Positions 9,413 to 18,948 of a stretch of DNA of 64,000 nt are shown here, one piece after another (position 1 is the stretch's first letter; each line of letters begins with the position of its first letter). The stretch is taken from IMG/VR virus record IMGVR_UViG_3300027741_000054. The stretch is one strand, 5' to 3'. A program made the translations under genes and the position numbers. The notes beneath the pieces are model-generated. The model saw only the letters and a program-made list of their open reading frames with translations, was not told the DNA's origin and did not search any database. The DNA is from an uncultured virus (IMG/VR IMGVR_UViG_3300027741_000054). Taxonomy: Duplodnaviria > Heunggongvirae > Uroviricota > Caudoviricetes.

Positions 9413-9694
9413 TTGAAACGTGCCAGTGAAGGGCTGGCCGAACAATTTAACATAATACCATATCCATTCGTGGGTAAGCATTATGCTGAAATAGCGGCCG
9501 AGTTTGTGTTGCTACAAGAGTCTGGGGTTCGTTCTAAAGAACTTGCTCAGATGCTTTTGGACGCAATAGAAATCCTTTTACGGGGACTGGCAAAACCAAA
9601 AATAACAAAACAAAGAGAAGAAAAACTTACCAGAGATCTGTCAGACATGCTTGGGAGACTGAGCATCCTTGAAGACCTCAACTTTAAAAAATGA
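9413..9694 (+). CDS. Hypothetical protein
   Basis: 93-aa ORF with ATGA overlap into the polymerase gene. Confidence 0.6.
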   Translation: MKRASEGLAEQFNIIPYPFVGKHYAEIAAEFVLLQESGVRSKELAQMLLDAIEILLRGLAKPKITKQREEKLTRDLSDMLGRLSILEDLNFKK

Positions 9695-11484
9695 AAAATA
9701 CATACGCAATCGACTTTGAAACTTATTACGACAAAGAAATATCAATCACAACAATGGGGCAATGGCATTACTTGCGAAACCCCGCATCAGACATTTATAT
9801 GGTTTCGATTCACGGACCCGATGTACAGTACGTCGGATCCCCGAAGAAAGCTCCGTGGGAAAAAATTGATGGTGGAAATTGGTTAGCGCACAATTATTCA
9901 TTTGACGGGGCTGTGCTGGAAAGATTGCGTGAACTTGGAATAGTTAAAGCAAATCCGTCTAGTTGGTTTTGTACAGCGAATCTATCTGTCGCTGTTGGTG
10001 CTCCTAGAAATTTGTTGGGCGCATCGCGGGAACTTCTTAATCGAAAGATTGATAAAGATCCGCGGGATAAAATGCATAGCAAAAAGTGGAGTGACGTAGA
10101 GGGAACGGAATTTGCCAAAGAAGTAATTGAGTATGCTAAGAACGATGCTCAAGCATGCTACGAAATCTACGATAAGTTCCACAATCAGATGCTTCCAGCG
10201 GAGCAGGAACTGTCTAAACACACCATAGAAATGGGATGGAGAGGGGTCCAAATTGACCAAAATGCGGTCGAAATGGGGGTAAAAAAGCTAGAAAAGGTGA
10301 CTTGGGAGAGCGAAAATGCCCTGCCTTGGATTGAGGAAACCAATGGGGTTGTCCTTTCCACAAAGGCTTTTAGGCGTGAATGCGCCAAGGCTGGCATCCC
10401 TTGGCCAACTTCTTTGGCTGAAAACTCGGAAGAATGTGCTCTATGGGAGGAACAATACGGGAGTCAGGTTCCGTTTGTGGGTATCATGCGTGACTGGCGA
10501 AAGGCTAATTCCTTGTTAGCAAAGTTAAAGGTAATGAGAAACCGTATACGCCCAGACGGAACAATGGCTTACGGACTTAAATACATGGGCGCACACACTG
10601 GTCGGTGGTCTGGCGACAGTAAGTGGAATTGCCAGAACCTTCCAAGGAATGAAATGTTCGGTGTGGACTTACGGGGTTGCATTGTACCCCGCCCAGGTAA
10701 GAAGTTTGTGATCTGCGATCTAGCGCAAATCGAGCCGAGAGTGTTGGCTTGGCTGTCTGGAAACGAAGGACTCCTGGATGCAATTAGAAATGGATACGGC
10801 ATCTACGAGGCAGCGGCAAAGAATATGTCGCTGTGGAATGGAGACAAGGGAACATTAAAGAAAACAGATCCAGACCTTTACCAGTTGGTGAAATGTATGG
10901 TTCTTGGTTTGGGCTATGGAGCTGGGTCAAAAAAGTTTGCCTTGATAGCCAAGATGCAATACGGAATCGACATGACCGAGTCCAAAGCCGGAACTGTTGT
11001 TAATGATTTTCGTTCGCGCAATCAGCCGATCATGGATCTGTGGAGAAAGCTTGAAGGTGATTTCCAAAGAGCCAAGGTAGACAAGCAGTTCGAGGTTGGA
11101 TTGCCTGGGGGAAGAATCCTTACCTACCGCAACATCATGTCACAGTGGCCTGAGTCACAGAAGTTTGGAAAGAATGGAGTGGCTCGTAAACCGGCATGGA
11201 CTGCGTGTGTGGAGCGTGGGGGTCCACAGATTCCGTTCTACGGAGGAAAGCTTTGCGAGAATCTTGTGCAGGCTGTAGCGCGGGACGTTATGGGTGAGGC
11301 TATTCTACGTTTAGAAAAAGCTGGATGTTCGGTGGTAATGCACATCCACGATGAAGCTGTTTGCGAAGTTGACAATTCAGTTCAGGCTGGTGAGATTGAA
11401 CACCTCATGAGTATCTGTCCTGAATGGCTTGAGGGTTGTCCGATAGGGGCAGAAGCGGCAGATGCAATGAGGTACAAAAAATGA
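9691..11484 (+). CDS. polA: Family A DNA polymerase with 3'-5' exonuclease
   Basis: ExoI IDFET, ExoII HNYSFD, ExoIII YAKND, HTGRWS..NCQNLPR, motif A DLAQIEPR, motif B K..VLGLGYG, motif C HIHDE. Confidence 0.95.
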   Translation: MKNTYAIDFETYYDKEISITTMGQWHYLRNPASDIYMVSIHGPDVQYVGSPKKAPWEKIDGGNWLAHNYSFDGAVLERLRELGIVKANPSSWFCTANLSVAVGAPRNLLGASRELLNRKIDKDPRDKMHSKKWSDVEGTEFAKEVIEYAKNDAQACYEIYDKFHNQMLPAEQELSKHTIEMGWRGVQIDQNAVEMGVKKLEKVTWESENALPWIEETNGVVLSTKAFRRECAKAGIPWPTSLAENSEECALWEEQYGSQVPFVGIMRDWRKANSLLAKLKVMRNRIRPDGTMAYGLKYMGAHTGRWSGDSKWNCQNLPRNEMFGVDLRGCIVPRPGKKFVICDLAQIEPRVLAWLSGNEGLLDAIRNGYGIYEAAAKNMSLWNGDKGTLKKTDPDLYQLVKCMVLGLGYGAGSKKFALIAKMQYGIDMTESKAGTVVNDFRSRNQPIMDLWRKLEGDFQRAKVDKQFEVGLPGGRILTYRNIMSQWPESQKFGKNGVARKPAWTACVERGGPQIPFYGGKLCENLVQAVARDVMGEAILRLEKAGCSVVMHIHDEAVCEVDNSVQAGEIEHLMSICPEWLEGCPIGAEAADAMRYKK

Positions 11485-13616
11485 ATCTCTATCGCATACC
11501 TAATTTATCATCAACTATTGCCGGCCCTTGCACTCCTTGGGATGGAAATGTTAATCAACCGCCAAGTCTTGATCCGGAAATTGCAAAACGCTGGGCGATT
11601 CAGGGTTCGACTGATGGAATGTTCGTCAGCGGATTCGAGGGTCGTGCCGCGGCTATGCGGGTTACGAAAGACAATCCTCCGGCCAAGATGCATGCGTTTA
11701 TTGCAGACTACGATTGTGAACTTACTTCTGAAGAGTTTATTTCCGGTATTGGGGCTAAACCTAAGGCCGGTCTCAAACCCATGTACGCTCACCGTACTCC
11801 AAGCGGAGGCGCGAGAGTCATCTGGATGTTTGAGGCCCCTATGCAGATTCCGGTCGGATTGTTGCCGGCGTTCTTAAAGCGAGTCGCAAAAGAACTTGGC
11901 GCGAAGCGCATCTTTGCTGGTCTCGATGATAACCATGTAAAGCCGGAGCAGTACTACGCATGGTACTTACCAATCACAAAAGTTGGGGATATCCCTTTAA
12001 GGACAGAGACTTTATATAGTTGGTTTGCCTCGACGATTGATGCTGATCACAAGTACCGCGGGGAGGGTCCCGTAGAGATACCAATGGATCGCGTACGTAA
12101 TCGCGTACATGAAATGTATCCAGACAAACTGATGGGAAGTCTCGAGGTCAACGGAAGAACGAATGCGTTCTGGACTGCCACTTCGGACAACCCGACGGCT
12201 TGCGTGGTTACTCCTACCGGTATCGTTAGCTTCTCGCAGGACAAGAGTTTCTATAGCTGGGCTGAAATCCTTGGCGCGGGTTGGGTGAAAGAGTTTGAGG
12301 AGGATCGGCTTGGTGCTCCGCTGGCAAACTATTACTTCGACGGCAAGCGTTACTGGAGGCAGGACGGCAGAGGAATCTGGCGTGATACAGACTCCGAAAC
12401 TACTAGAAAAGATATTGCTGGAATATATGGATTGTCTTTAGCCCCAATGCAGCGAGGTGGGATGTGCGAAGTCGACCAGACTGTCTTGCGTGTGCGTGAG
12501 ACGCGTCGGGTAGACGATGCGGGACCGATCCTGTTTAGTAAGGAAGAAGTCGTTTACATGGGTGGACGAACCGTCCTGAACATCTCACGGGTTAAAGTTC
12601 TAGAGCCACGCAACGAACCGTGTGAGAAGTGGGGAGATGGATTCCCATGGATAGCCAAGTTCCTTGACGGATTCTTTGATCCACATGATTCGCTTCAGTA
12701 TTTCCTGGCATGGCTTCATCATTTCTATGTAAACGCCAAGTCGGGTAAGCAGTCTCAGGGTCAGGCGATCTTCATTGCCGGGCCAGTCGGTGTTGGTAAG
12801 ACGCTCATGGGAACACAGATTGTTTCTAGACTGATGGGTGGAGGTTGCGACGCATCGGGTCATATCTCAGGGGAGAGTGAGTTCAACTCTGAGATGTTCG
12901 AAGTAGGCGTACTTAACGTAGATGATACTATCGCCTCAACTAGCCATGAGAAGCATCTACTCTTCTCCAACACGGTGAAGAAGTTTGTGGCCAATCGTCG
13001 CCATCGTTACCGCGCCATGTGGAAGAATCCTGCCACGATCGAATGGAGTGGTCGGGTATTCGTCACATTGAACGATGATCCAGACTCGATGCGAGCCGTT
13101 CCATACACAGACGCAAGCATATTAGATAAACTAATGCTATTTAAAGCTTCGTCTAAAGGTATGGACTTCCCCCACTCGCAGGAACTGCAACGTATCCTAG
13201 ACGGAGAACTACCGGCGTTTGCCAGATGGCTGACTGACTTTGAAATCCCGGAGGAACTTAAATGCTCCAATCGGTTTCAGGTTAAGTGCTACCACCATGC
13301 GGATATCTTGGAAGACACCAGAACAACGCATCCTAATCATGCCTTTTCGGAGTTGCTGGATGAATTCCTTATTGGATTCAATCAGGCCAATCCAAAGGAA
13401 AGAACGTGGAAGGGTTCAGCGACCCAGCTACTTAACCAGATGCTCAACGACACCAGTTTAACCAACCTAACGCGCCACTACGCGTCCACTCCGGAGAAGA
13501 TGGGGCAGCGGCTGGCAAAGCTGATGACCACAAAGGGCATTGAGCGGGTAACGGTACAGGGCAAGGTGCTGTGGAAAATTCCGGTTGACTCAAATGAGGA
13601 GGTTGAAGTAAAATGA
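11481..13616 (+). CDS. Primase-helicase (PrimPol-like N-terminus plus SF3/D5-like NTPase)
   Basis: DYD and TPSGG primase motifs; Walker A GPVGVGKT, FNS and LNVDD; ATG 11481 overlaps the polymerase stop. Confidence 0.85.
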   Translation: MNLYRIPNLSSTIAGPCTPWDGNVNQPPSLDPEIAKRWAIQGSTDGMFVSGFEGRAAAMRVTKDNPPAKMHAFIADYDCELTSEEFISGIGAKPKAGLKPMYAHRTPSGGARVIWMFEAPMQIPVGLLPAFLKRVAKELGAKRIFAGLDDNHVKPEQYYAWYLPITKVGDIPLRTETLYSWFASTIDADHKYRGEGPVEIPMDRVRNRVHEMYPDKLMGSLEVNGRTNAFWTATSDNPTACVVTPTGIVSFSQDKSFYSWAEILGAGWVKEFEEDRLGAPLANYYFDGKRYWRQDGRGIWRDTDSETTRKDIAGIYGLSLAPMQRGGMCEVDQTVLRVRETRRVDDAGPILFSKEEVVYMGGRTVLNISRVKVLEPRNEPCEKWGDGFPWIAKFLDGFFDPHDSLQYFLAWLHHFYVNAKSGKQSQGQAIFIAGPVGVGKTLMGTQIVSRLMGGGCDASGHISGESEFNSEMFEVGVLNVDDTIASTSHEKHLLFSNTVKKFVANRRHRYRAMWKNPATIEWSGRVFVTLNDDPDSMRAVPYTDASILDKLMLFKASSKGMDFPHSQELQRILDGELPAFARWLTDFEIPEELKCSNRFQVKCYHHADILEDTRTTHPNHAFSELLDEFLIGFNQANPKERTWKGSATQLLNQMLNDTSLTNLTRHYASTPEKMGQRLAKLMTTKGIERVTVQGKVLWKIPVDSNEEVEVK

Positions 13617-13631
13617 CGCCACGCAGAAAGT

Positions 13632-14039
13632 ATGAACATTCGTATCATAGCCATGGCTATATCCATGCTCTTATCGTTCCCTATTGTCGCGGCCAACGTG
13701 ATAATCGAACCGGAACAAAAGCCGACCAAGAAAATCAAGGTTCGGGTTACGGCTTATTGGTGTGGTCAAGATCCCGACACATCCAGATTTAGATCCTCCA
13801 CAGGTTACACATTAAAGTCAGGCAGGTCGTGTGCGGTTGATCCAAGGATCATTCCGTATGGAAGTACTGTAGTTATCAATGGCAAGGAGTTTAAGGCCAT
13901 CGACACGGGAACGGATGTGATCAGAAAAAAAGCTTCCCACGGAAAACTTCCGGTAGTAGACTTATTTTACAAAACGGAAAAGCAAGCCATGGTAGCACTG
14001 GATAATCTGCCTATGCATCCATGGGTTGAAATACGATAA
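13632..14039 (+). CDS. 3D-domain (MltA-like) cell-wall enzyme with signal peptide
   Basis: VTAY, AVDPRIIPYGS, AIDTG and VDLF three-Asp motifs; hydrophobic N-terminus. Confidence 0.85.
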   Translation: MNIRIIAMAISMLLSFPIVAANVIIEPEQKPTKKIKVRVTAYWCGQDPDTSRFRSSTGYTLKSGRSCAVDPRIIPYGSTVVINGKEFKAIDTGTDVIRKKASHGKLPVVDLFYKTEKQAMVALDNLPMHPWVEIR

Positions 14040-14048
14040 GGAGCACAC

Positions 14049-14264
14049 ATGAAAAAGACACAAAAAGAAGAAACGCTGGGCACAATCAAAGTCCTAGCCG
14101 AACGTCCACTCCAATATGTTGAATTGGATTTAGACGTTGATGAAAACACATTCAACAAAATCGCCAAGGCTGGGCTAATTGAAATCAAGCACGATAAAAA
14201 AGCGCTGTTCAATTATGCCATCACCAAGGCACTGGAGGAACTACATGGAAGAGAGTCTAATTAA
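14049..14264 (+). CDS. Hypothetical protein
   Basis: 71-aa ORF with AAGGAG ribosome-binding site. Confidence 0.65.
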   Translation: MKKTQKEETLGTIKVLAERPLQYVELDLDVDENTFNKIAKAGLIEIKHDKKALFNYAITKALEELHGRESN

Positions 14265-15254
14265 ATGCGTGGCCTTAGCTTTCTCAGCTCTACTGGGTTT
14301 CGCAATCTGCATATTTCTAACTGCCGTCTACATGCATGTTCGTTGCTGGCTGCGGCGCTGGTTCTAATCCCGCTTTCGGCAAAAGGAACAGACTTTAGCC
14401 ATCCATGTGAACTAAACATGAAGTCGGTGGTTCGTGTGTTCCAGAATGAAAAGGACACGAACAAGATCACATTTGGTTCTGGAGTTGTTGTCGGTAGGGA
14501 TGGGTTTATCCTCACCTGTGCTCACGTTGTAGACGGAACCGGAAAAGTCGACGTTATGTTTGGCGACGGGATTACCAACAATGTGTACCAAGCCACGGTG
14601 GTAAAATCGGATGCCAAATTGGATTTGGCCTTACTCAAACTCAACAGCGCTCCGGGACTTCTCCGACCAATATCCTTGTCGAAGATGCCAACACCCCCGC
14701 GGGGAACTCCAGTGGCTGCAATCGGCGCACCCTTAAAGATCTTCCGAACCGTAACGGCAGGGATAGTCAGTTACTGTGGCCCCGACGAAGGTCAGGATAT
14801 CTTGGTATTCGACGCCAAGGTGATGCCAGGAAGCTCAGGAGGGCCCGTAATCGATGAGCAAGGCGATCTTATAGGCATTGTGACTGGGGGCTTGGGAAGG
14901 GACGAATACAGGCTTCCTAGGGCCGTTTACTTGACTGAGATCGAGAAGTTCCTAGCCGACGGCTTGAATAGTGCTCCCCAACGGGGGTTTCTTGGGATCA
15001 ACACAACCCCAGTAAACTCTGGTATCCCGGGGCCTGGGATGTCACAGGGTCTTAAGGTTACCAACATGTCTGCCATAGACGAGCTTCTTCCAGGTGACGT
15101 GATCATGACCTTCAACGATTACCAAGCCACTAGTCATAATGACCTAGTCAGGATGGTTCGTAGATGCATGCCCGGAGACCGAGTTGAGGTGGGGATTTTA
15201 CGTAATGGTGAGTTTAAAATTATACACATGATTATCAAGGAGTTGCGGAAATGA
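14265..15254 (+). CDS. HtrA/DegP-like trypsin serine protease with PDZ domain
   Basis: GSGVV, LTCAHVV, DLALL and PGSSGGP catalytic triad; GFLGI..PGDVI PDZ; signal-like LLAAALVLIPLSA; true start probably downstream of 14265. Confidence 0.9.
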   Translation: MRGLSFLSSTGFRNLHISNCRLHACSLLAAALVLIPLSAKGTDFSHPCELNMKSVVRVFQNEKDTNKITFGSGVVVGRDGFILTCAHVVDGTGKVDVMFGDGITNNVYQATVVKSDAKLDLALLKLNSAPGLLRPISLSKMPTPPRGTPVAAIGAPLKIFRTVTAGIVSYCGPDEGQDILVFDAKVMPGSSGGPVIDEQGDLIGIVTGGLGRDEYRLPRAVYLTEIEKFLADGLNSAPQRGFLGINTTPVNSGIPGPGMSQGLKVTNMSAIDELLPGDVIMTFNDYQATSHNDLVRMVRRCMPGDRVEVGILRNGEFKIIHMIIKELRK

Positions 15255-15505
15255 CAACTCTTCTAGGTATCTTGTTCTCTACAATGGGTTTAAGCGTTTG
15301 CGTTATTGGGTTTTCTCATTGGTTTGTGCAAACCTTTGACATTGATGCATTTGTCAATAAATTTTGGGATCATGAAGAGGCAAAAGGTATACGTTTTGTC
15401 CCCAAAGGGACACATAAAATGATCAAGGTAAGGACTGACTTTATAGTCAAGTTACATACCCCCACCCTGAGGAATTGGTCTAAGGGATTAAGAATCAAAG
15501 GTTAA
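15251..15505 (+). CDS. Hypothetical membrane protein
   Basis: 84 aa, N-terminal hydrophobic helix, ATGA overlap. Confidence 0.6.
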   Translation: MTTLLGILFSTMGLSVCVIGFSHWFVQTFDIDAFVNKFWDHEEAKGIRFVPKGTHKMIKVRTDFIVKLHTPTLRNWSKGLRIKG

Positions 15506-15513
15506 TGATTCGA

Positions 15514-15810
15514 AGGGTGTAGGGTGGGGGGTGGAGGGGTGGTTTTGAACTCGTTGTTCCTACAGCTTTGCGTGTGTGCCGTGGTGTGTCAAAACTTCCG
15601 GAACGAGTTAGAGTACCCCCACCTACCCCCACCACTCCCACCCTCTCTTTCTTTATATTTATATATTTAAATAATAAACATATACTTACACAAGGACCTG
15701 AGGTTAAAAATTTGGGTGGGGGTACCATTTTTTGACCCCCCACCCCAGGTGACACCCCCACCCTAAATCGTAGCCCTTTGGGGATAAAACAGAGAAATAT
15801 AGCCCTTTGA
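15514..15810. other. Non-coding G-run/C-run repeat region with AT-rich core; putative replication origin
   Basis: GGGTGGGG-like runs in both orientations flanking an AT-rich tract (about 15648-15688); TAGCCCTTTG repeated at 15771 and 15800; lies between convergent genes. Confidence 0.45.
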
Positions 15811-15817
15811 GGCTAAC

Positions 15818-16888
15818 TTAGCTCATTACCGAGTATGCCACCTTATTGGTGGTGACGGTAGTGTTTCGGGTAAGAACGTCGGTTGCGTTCGCGAAACTCA
15901 CGCTATTAAACAGAACCAGTGAATATGGAAAAGTCTGCAGACTGGCCGAAGCCACCCCATTGATGGCTTTGGCTCCAGATCCAGTGAGAACGTTAAGCCC
16001 GCATGTACCTATCGATACAAGACACGCGGAAGCCAAAGTTATCCCGTGCCCGGTCGACCTATTGTTAGTCAACAAAGTTTGGGCGAGCGTGAGATTAAAA
16101 CCAGAAACTCCGTAATCTCCGCCAGTGCAGTTTACTATCTGAGTGGCGTTACCCTCGAGTTGGCACCGAACGAAGTTAAGCCTACCCCCACTAGCCACCC
16201 TAAACATGTCAACGCAAGTTGCAGATCCCCCGGTGGAATCGCAATCAACCATGTTGCAAGTTCCGTTTACCACACTAACTCCTCCGCCAGTGGCAAACGG
16301 GGAAAATTGACACAATTGCCCATTAACAACACTTGATGTGCCAGTGTTATTAATGTTTACCCCAAAAGAACCAGTGCTTCCATTTTGAAGCCAAACAGAT
16401 TCCAGGAATACTCTCAAGGGTACAGCACCTCCCAGCACATCAATGCAATTGCCACTGGTCCCTTCAGGTTTGAGAATAGCCAAATTTGTAATGCCAAAAA
16501 AATTGTCAGTGATTGTGCCTGCAGTAGGAGCAATGGTGATGGTGCCATTCAAATACAAGGGAGCTCTTACCCCTGAATTAGTGAATCCTTGAATCCCAAC
16601 ATAGCCAGTGTCCATCGTCAAATTTTCAGTAATGCTACTGAGCAAGTTAATATACTTTGGGTTTGTACTTGTAGCCCCAATTTTAGCGGCAGAATAAGCC
16701 GCGGCCAGAGTTTTGAATGGGGTTAAAAGGTTACCGTCTTCGACGTAGGTATCAGTTCTGTTGGCGTCTACAAAATATTGGGACGTTAACGGTAGTTGTA
16801 AAATTGCCCCATTTTTGAATAAGCCAGCTATCTGGCTGGCAAGCACGTTATCGATAGTACGTACTTGAAGAGGGAACAGAGTCGGCAC
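15818..16888 (-). CDS. Probable beta-helix (pectin lyase-like) virion/tailspike-type protein
   Basis: YFVD...DG....PFKTLAAA N-terminal motif followed by G/N/T/S-rich beta repeats. Confidence 0.6.
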   Translation of the reverse strand: MPTLFPLQVRTIDNVLASQIAGLFKNGAILQLPLTSQYFVDANRTDTYVEDGNLLTPFKTLAAAYSAAKIGATSTNPKYINLLSSITENLTMDTGYVGIQGFTNSGVRAPLYLNGTITIAPTAGTITDNFFGITNLAILKPEGTSGNCIDVLGGAVPLRVFLESVWLQNGSTGSFGVNINNTGTSSVVNGQLCQFSPFATGGGVSVVNGTCNMVDCDSTGGSATCVDMFRVASGGRLNFVRCQLEGNATQIVNCTGGDYGVSGFNLTLAQTLLTNNRSTGHGITLASACLVSIGTCGLNVLTGSGAKAINGVASASLQTFPYSLVLFNSVSFANATDVLTRNTTVTTNKVAYSVMS

Positions 16889-16893
16889 ACACC

Positions 16894-16921
16894 ATAGTGG
16901 TCTTAATTAGTTAGAAGTCAA
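16894..16921 (-). promoter_or_regulatory. Promoter TTGACT-N16-CACTAT, leaderless
   Basis: -10 ends 5 nt before the GTG at 16888. Confidence 0.6.
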
Positions 16922-17020
16922 TCCCCTCCACCATATTTGGGTAAGAAATTCCCCGAAAGGGGTATATTCGGGTATTTTGTTCTTTACAAAAGTCAAAACA
17001 ATTGAGACACTATCCAGACG

Positions 17021-17203
17021 ATGAAATCAGCGGGAATCAATTTCAGATTGTTTGGTTTTATTTTCAACCTTCAATTCAATATCTATCGATCCGCGCACCG
17101 CGCTCCCGTATTCCATTACGGTTCGACCTCTAACTTTGGTAAATGGAAAGTTCCACCAACTGGAATCAGCAATGAGTACAAATCAAAAAGGAAATACAAA
17201 TGA
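17021..17203 (+). CDS. Hypothetical protein
   Basis: 60-aa ORF 7 nt after a CACTAT -10-like box, ATGA-coupled to the glycosyltransferase. Confidence 0.45.
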   Translation: MKSAGINFRLFGFIFNLQFNIYRSAHRAPVFHYGSTSNFGKWKVPPTGISNEYKSKRKYK

Positions 17204-17943
17204 GTAAGAAAGTTAAAGCTCGCGAGACAAAAGGAATTGTTGTGGCTACCCCCGCTTACGGAGGCATGCTTACAGTTAACTACGCCAATTCACTACTTCG
17301 GTCTAGTGCCCTGTTTCAAAGCCACGGCTTGAAGCTCAACGTCATGTTCCTTTGTAACCACTCCTTGATTACCATGGCTCGTAATAAAATTGTGGCGGAG
17401 GTTTTCAAAAACGACAATCAAGACTGGGATAGCATTGTTTGGATTGACGCCGACATTTCCTGGGAGCCAGAAGATCTCCTAAAGTTGTGCTTGCATGACG
17501 AGGATGTGGTTGCTGGAACCTATAGGAAAAAATGGCATCATTCTTGTCACTTCACCGTTAAGATGATCGAAGGTAAAGAAACTCCCGATGATCGTGGTCT
17601 GATTGAGGTAGAAGCCGTCGGTACTGGCTTTCTCCGTGTGTCTAAAAAAGCTTTGCAAGATGTGATGGACCATGAACCCGTTACCTATAATGAGACAAGA
17701 ACACAACCCGAATTGGTTGGAGACAATAAGTTACTAATCAAAAATGTTTTTGAAACCGGCGTAAAAGACAAAGAGATGTTATCTGAAGACTTCTTTTTTT
17801 GTTCCAAGTTACGCGACCGGGGATACAATATCATGCTCGACACCAATATTGATCTTGGCCATGACGGAAGCTTTACTTACCGAGGCAGCATGTCCCATTA
17901 CCTGAACCACCTCAAGGAAGAGATCGCCAAAGAAAAGAAATGA
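17200..17943 (+). CDS. GT-A fold glycosyltransferase
   Basis: VATPAYGG, SLITMARN, WIDAD (DxD), GTGFL, SEDFFFC and LGHDG motifs. Confidence 0.85.
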   Translation: MSKKVKARETKGIVVATPAYGGMLTVNYANSLLRSSALFQSHGLKLNVMFLCNHSLITMARNKIVAEVFKNDNQDWDSIVWIDADISWEPEDLLKLCLHDEDVVAGTYRKKWHHSCHFTVKMIEGKETPDDRGLIEVEAVGTGFLRVSKKALQDVMDHEPVTYNETRTQPELVGDNKLLIKNVFETGVKDKEMLSEDFFFCSKLRDRGYNIMLDTNIDLGHDGSFTYRGSMSHYLNHLKEEIAKEKK

Positions 17944-18001
17944 TCTACGGATTCTTCCTTGGTATTCTTGTCTATTGGATCTTTGACAAATCCCGTAAAA
18001 G

Positions 18002-18436
18002 GTGTGGCTGGTGCAATCGACCTCTATAAAGACCAAGTGGATTGACCTGGCGATGCGGCTTGCTGACGCCGCGGCCAAGACTAGTCAGGATCAATTTGTC
18101 CGAGTCGGTGCAGCAGTCCTTCGAAGCGATGGATCGGTATGCGGGATTGGTTATAACGGATATCCTCCAGGCTTTGATTTGACCAAACAGGAATCCTTGG
18201 ACCGCGACTACCGGCGGGACTTTATGGTTCATGCCGAGATCAACGCCCTGGCTTACTGCAAACCCGGCGAGCCTTACCTTCTGGCCGTTACTTATCCACC
18301 ATGCAAAGCCTGTCTATTGGAAGCCGCACGATACGGCGTAAAGAATTTGATTTATCGCGAGAACAAAGATCGCGACATTTTTCCGTCCGACTATCTGGCC
18401 GCCCGCTTAGGCGTCACGCTGATTATCGAAAAGTAA
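18002..18436 (+). CDS. dCMP deaminase
   Basis: VGAAV, GYNG, HAEINAL and PCKAC zinc deaminase motifs. Confidence 0.92.
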   Translation: MWLVQSTSIKTKWIDLAMRLADAAAKTSQDQFVRVGAAVLRSDGSVCGIGYNGYPPGFDLTKQESLDRDYRRDFMVHAEINALAYCKPGEPYLLAVTYPPCKACLLEAARYGVKNLIYRENKDRDIFPSDYLAARLGVTLIIEK

Positions 18437-18757
18437 TTAGGCCGACCACCAACCAGTGTTGGCTGAGAACTCAGAAGATTTGTTCATGATAGAACTTCCC
18501 TGACCAGGGATAGGAGCCGTCCCAGGCTTTTCTTCCTGTGCTGTTGCCGGAGTTTCAACTTGTTGCGGCACTTCAGCCATTTTTTGTTTTTGAGTAGCGA
18601 GCTTGTCGTACTCAGTCCGGATCACCTCATCGATAGTGGGGATTCCAGTTAGAAGGTCTTCGAGTCTCGGTAGATTGCTTGCCCCACCTGTATTTTTTGG
18701 GATAAGGTTTTGCTGCGCGTAACCACCCCCTTGAGGCATTGCGGAAAATGTTTCCAT
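18437..18757 (-). CDS. Hypothetical protein
   Basis: 106-aa ORF with its own promoter directly upstream. Confidence 0.65.
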   Translation of the reverse strand: METFSAMPQGGGYAQQNLIPKNTGGASNLPRLEDLLTGIPTIDEVIRTEYDKLATQKQKMAEVPQQVETPATAQEEKPGTAPIPGQGSSIMNKSSEFSANTGWWSA

Positions 18758-18763
18758 TGGTCC

Positions 18764-18791
18764 AGTGTATTTTGCCCACGCTTTAAGTCAA
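18764..18791 (-). promoter_or_regulatory. Promoter TTGACT-N16-TACACT, leaderless
   Basis: -10 ends 6 nt before ATG 18757. Confidence 0.65.
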
Positions 18792-18846
18792 CCTACAAAA
18801 ATAAATTAAATTTTTAAAGTACATATACACTATTTATGGCTGGCTG

Positions 18847-18883
18847 GAAGGGGGGTGGGGGAGGGGGTGCGTATAGGGTTTGT
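18847..18883 (+). promoter_or_regulatory. Putative early promoter, copy 1 (GAAGGGGG-N14-GCGTATAGGGTTTGT)
   Basis: Motif shared with 20080-20115; upstream of the first early gene. Confidence 0.55.
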
Positions 18884-18948
18884 CCCGCAAACCCACAGCC
18901 CGATAGGGCAGGGGGGAGGGGGGAAACAAAACAAAGGAAACAAAACAA

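Noticed and set aside
8046..18436. Z-base or other hypermodified DNA pathway
   Set aside because: No PurZ, Que-like, hydroxymethylase or base-modifying kinase genes seen; the glycosyltransferase substrate is unknown
18872..18878. TATAGGG as a T7-type RNA polymerase promoter
   Set aside because: The upstream TAATACGACTCAC-like part is missing and no single-subunit RNAP is visible in the window
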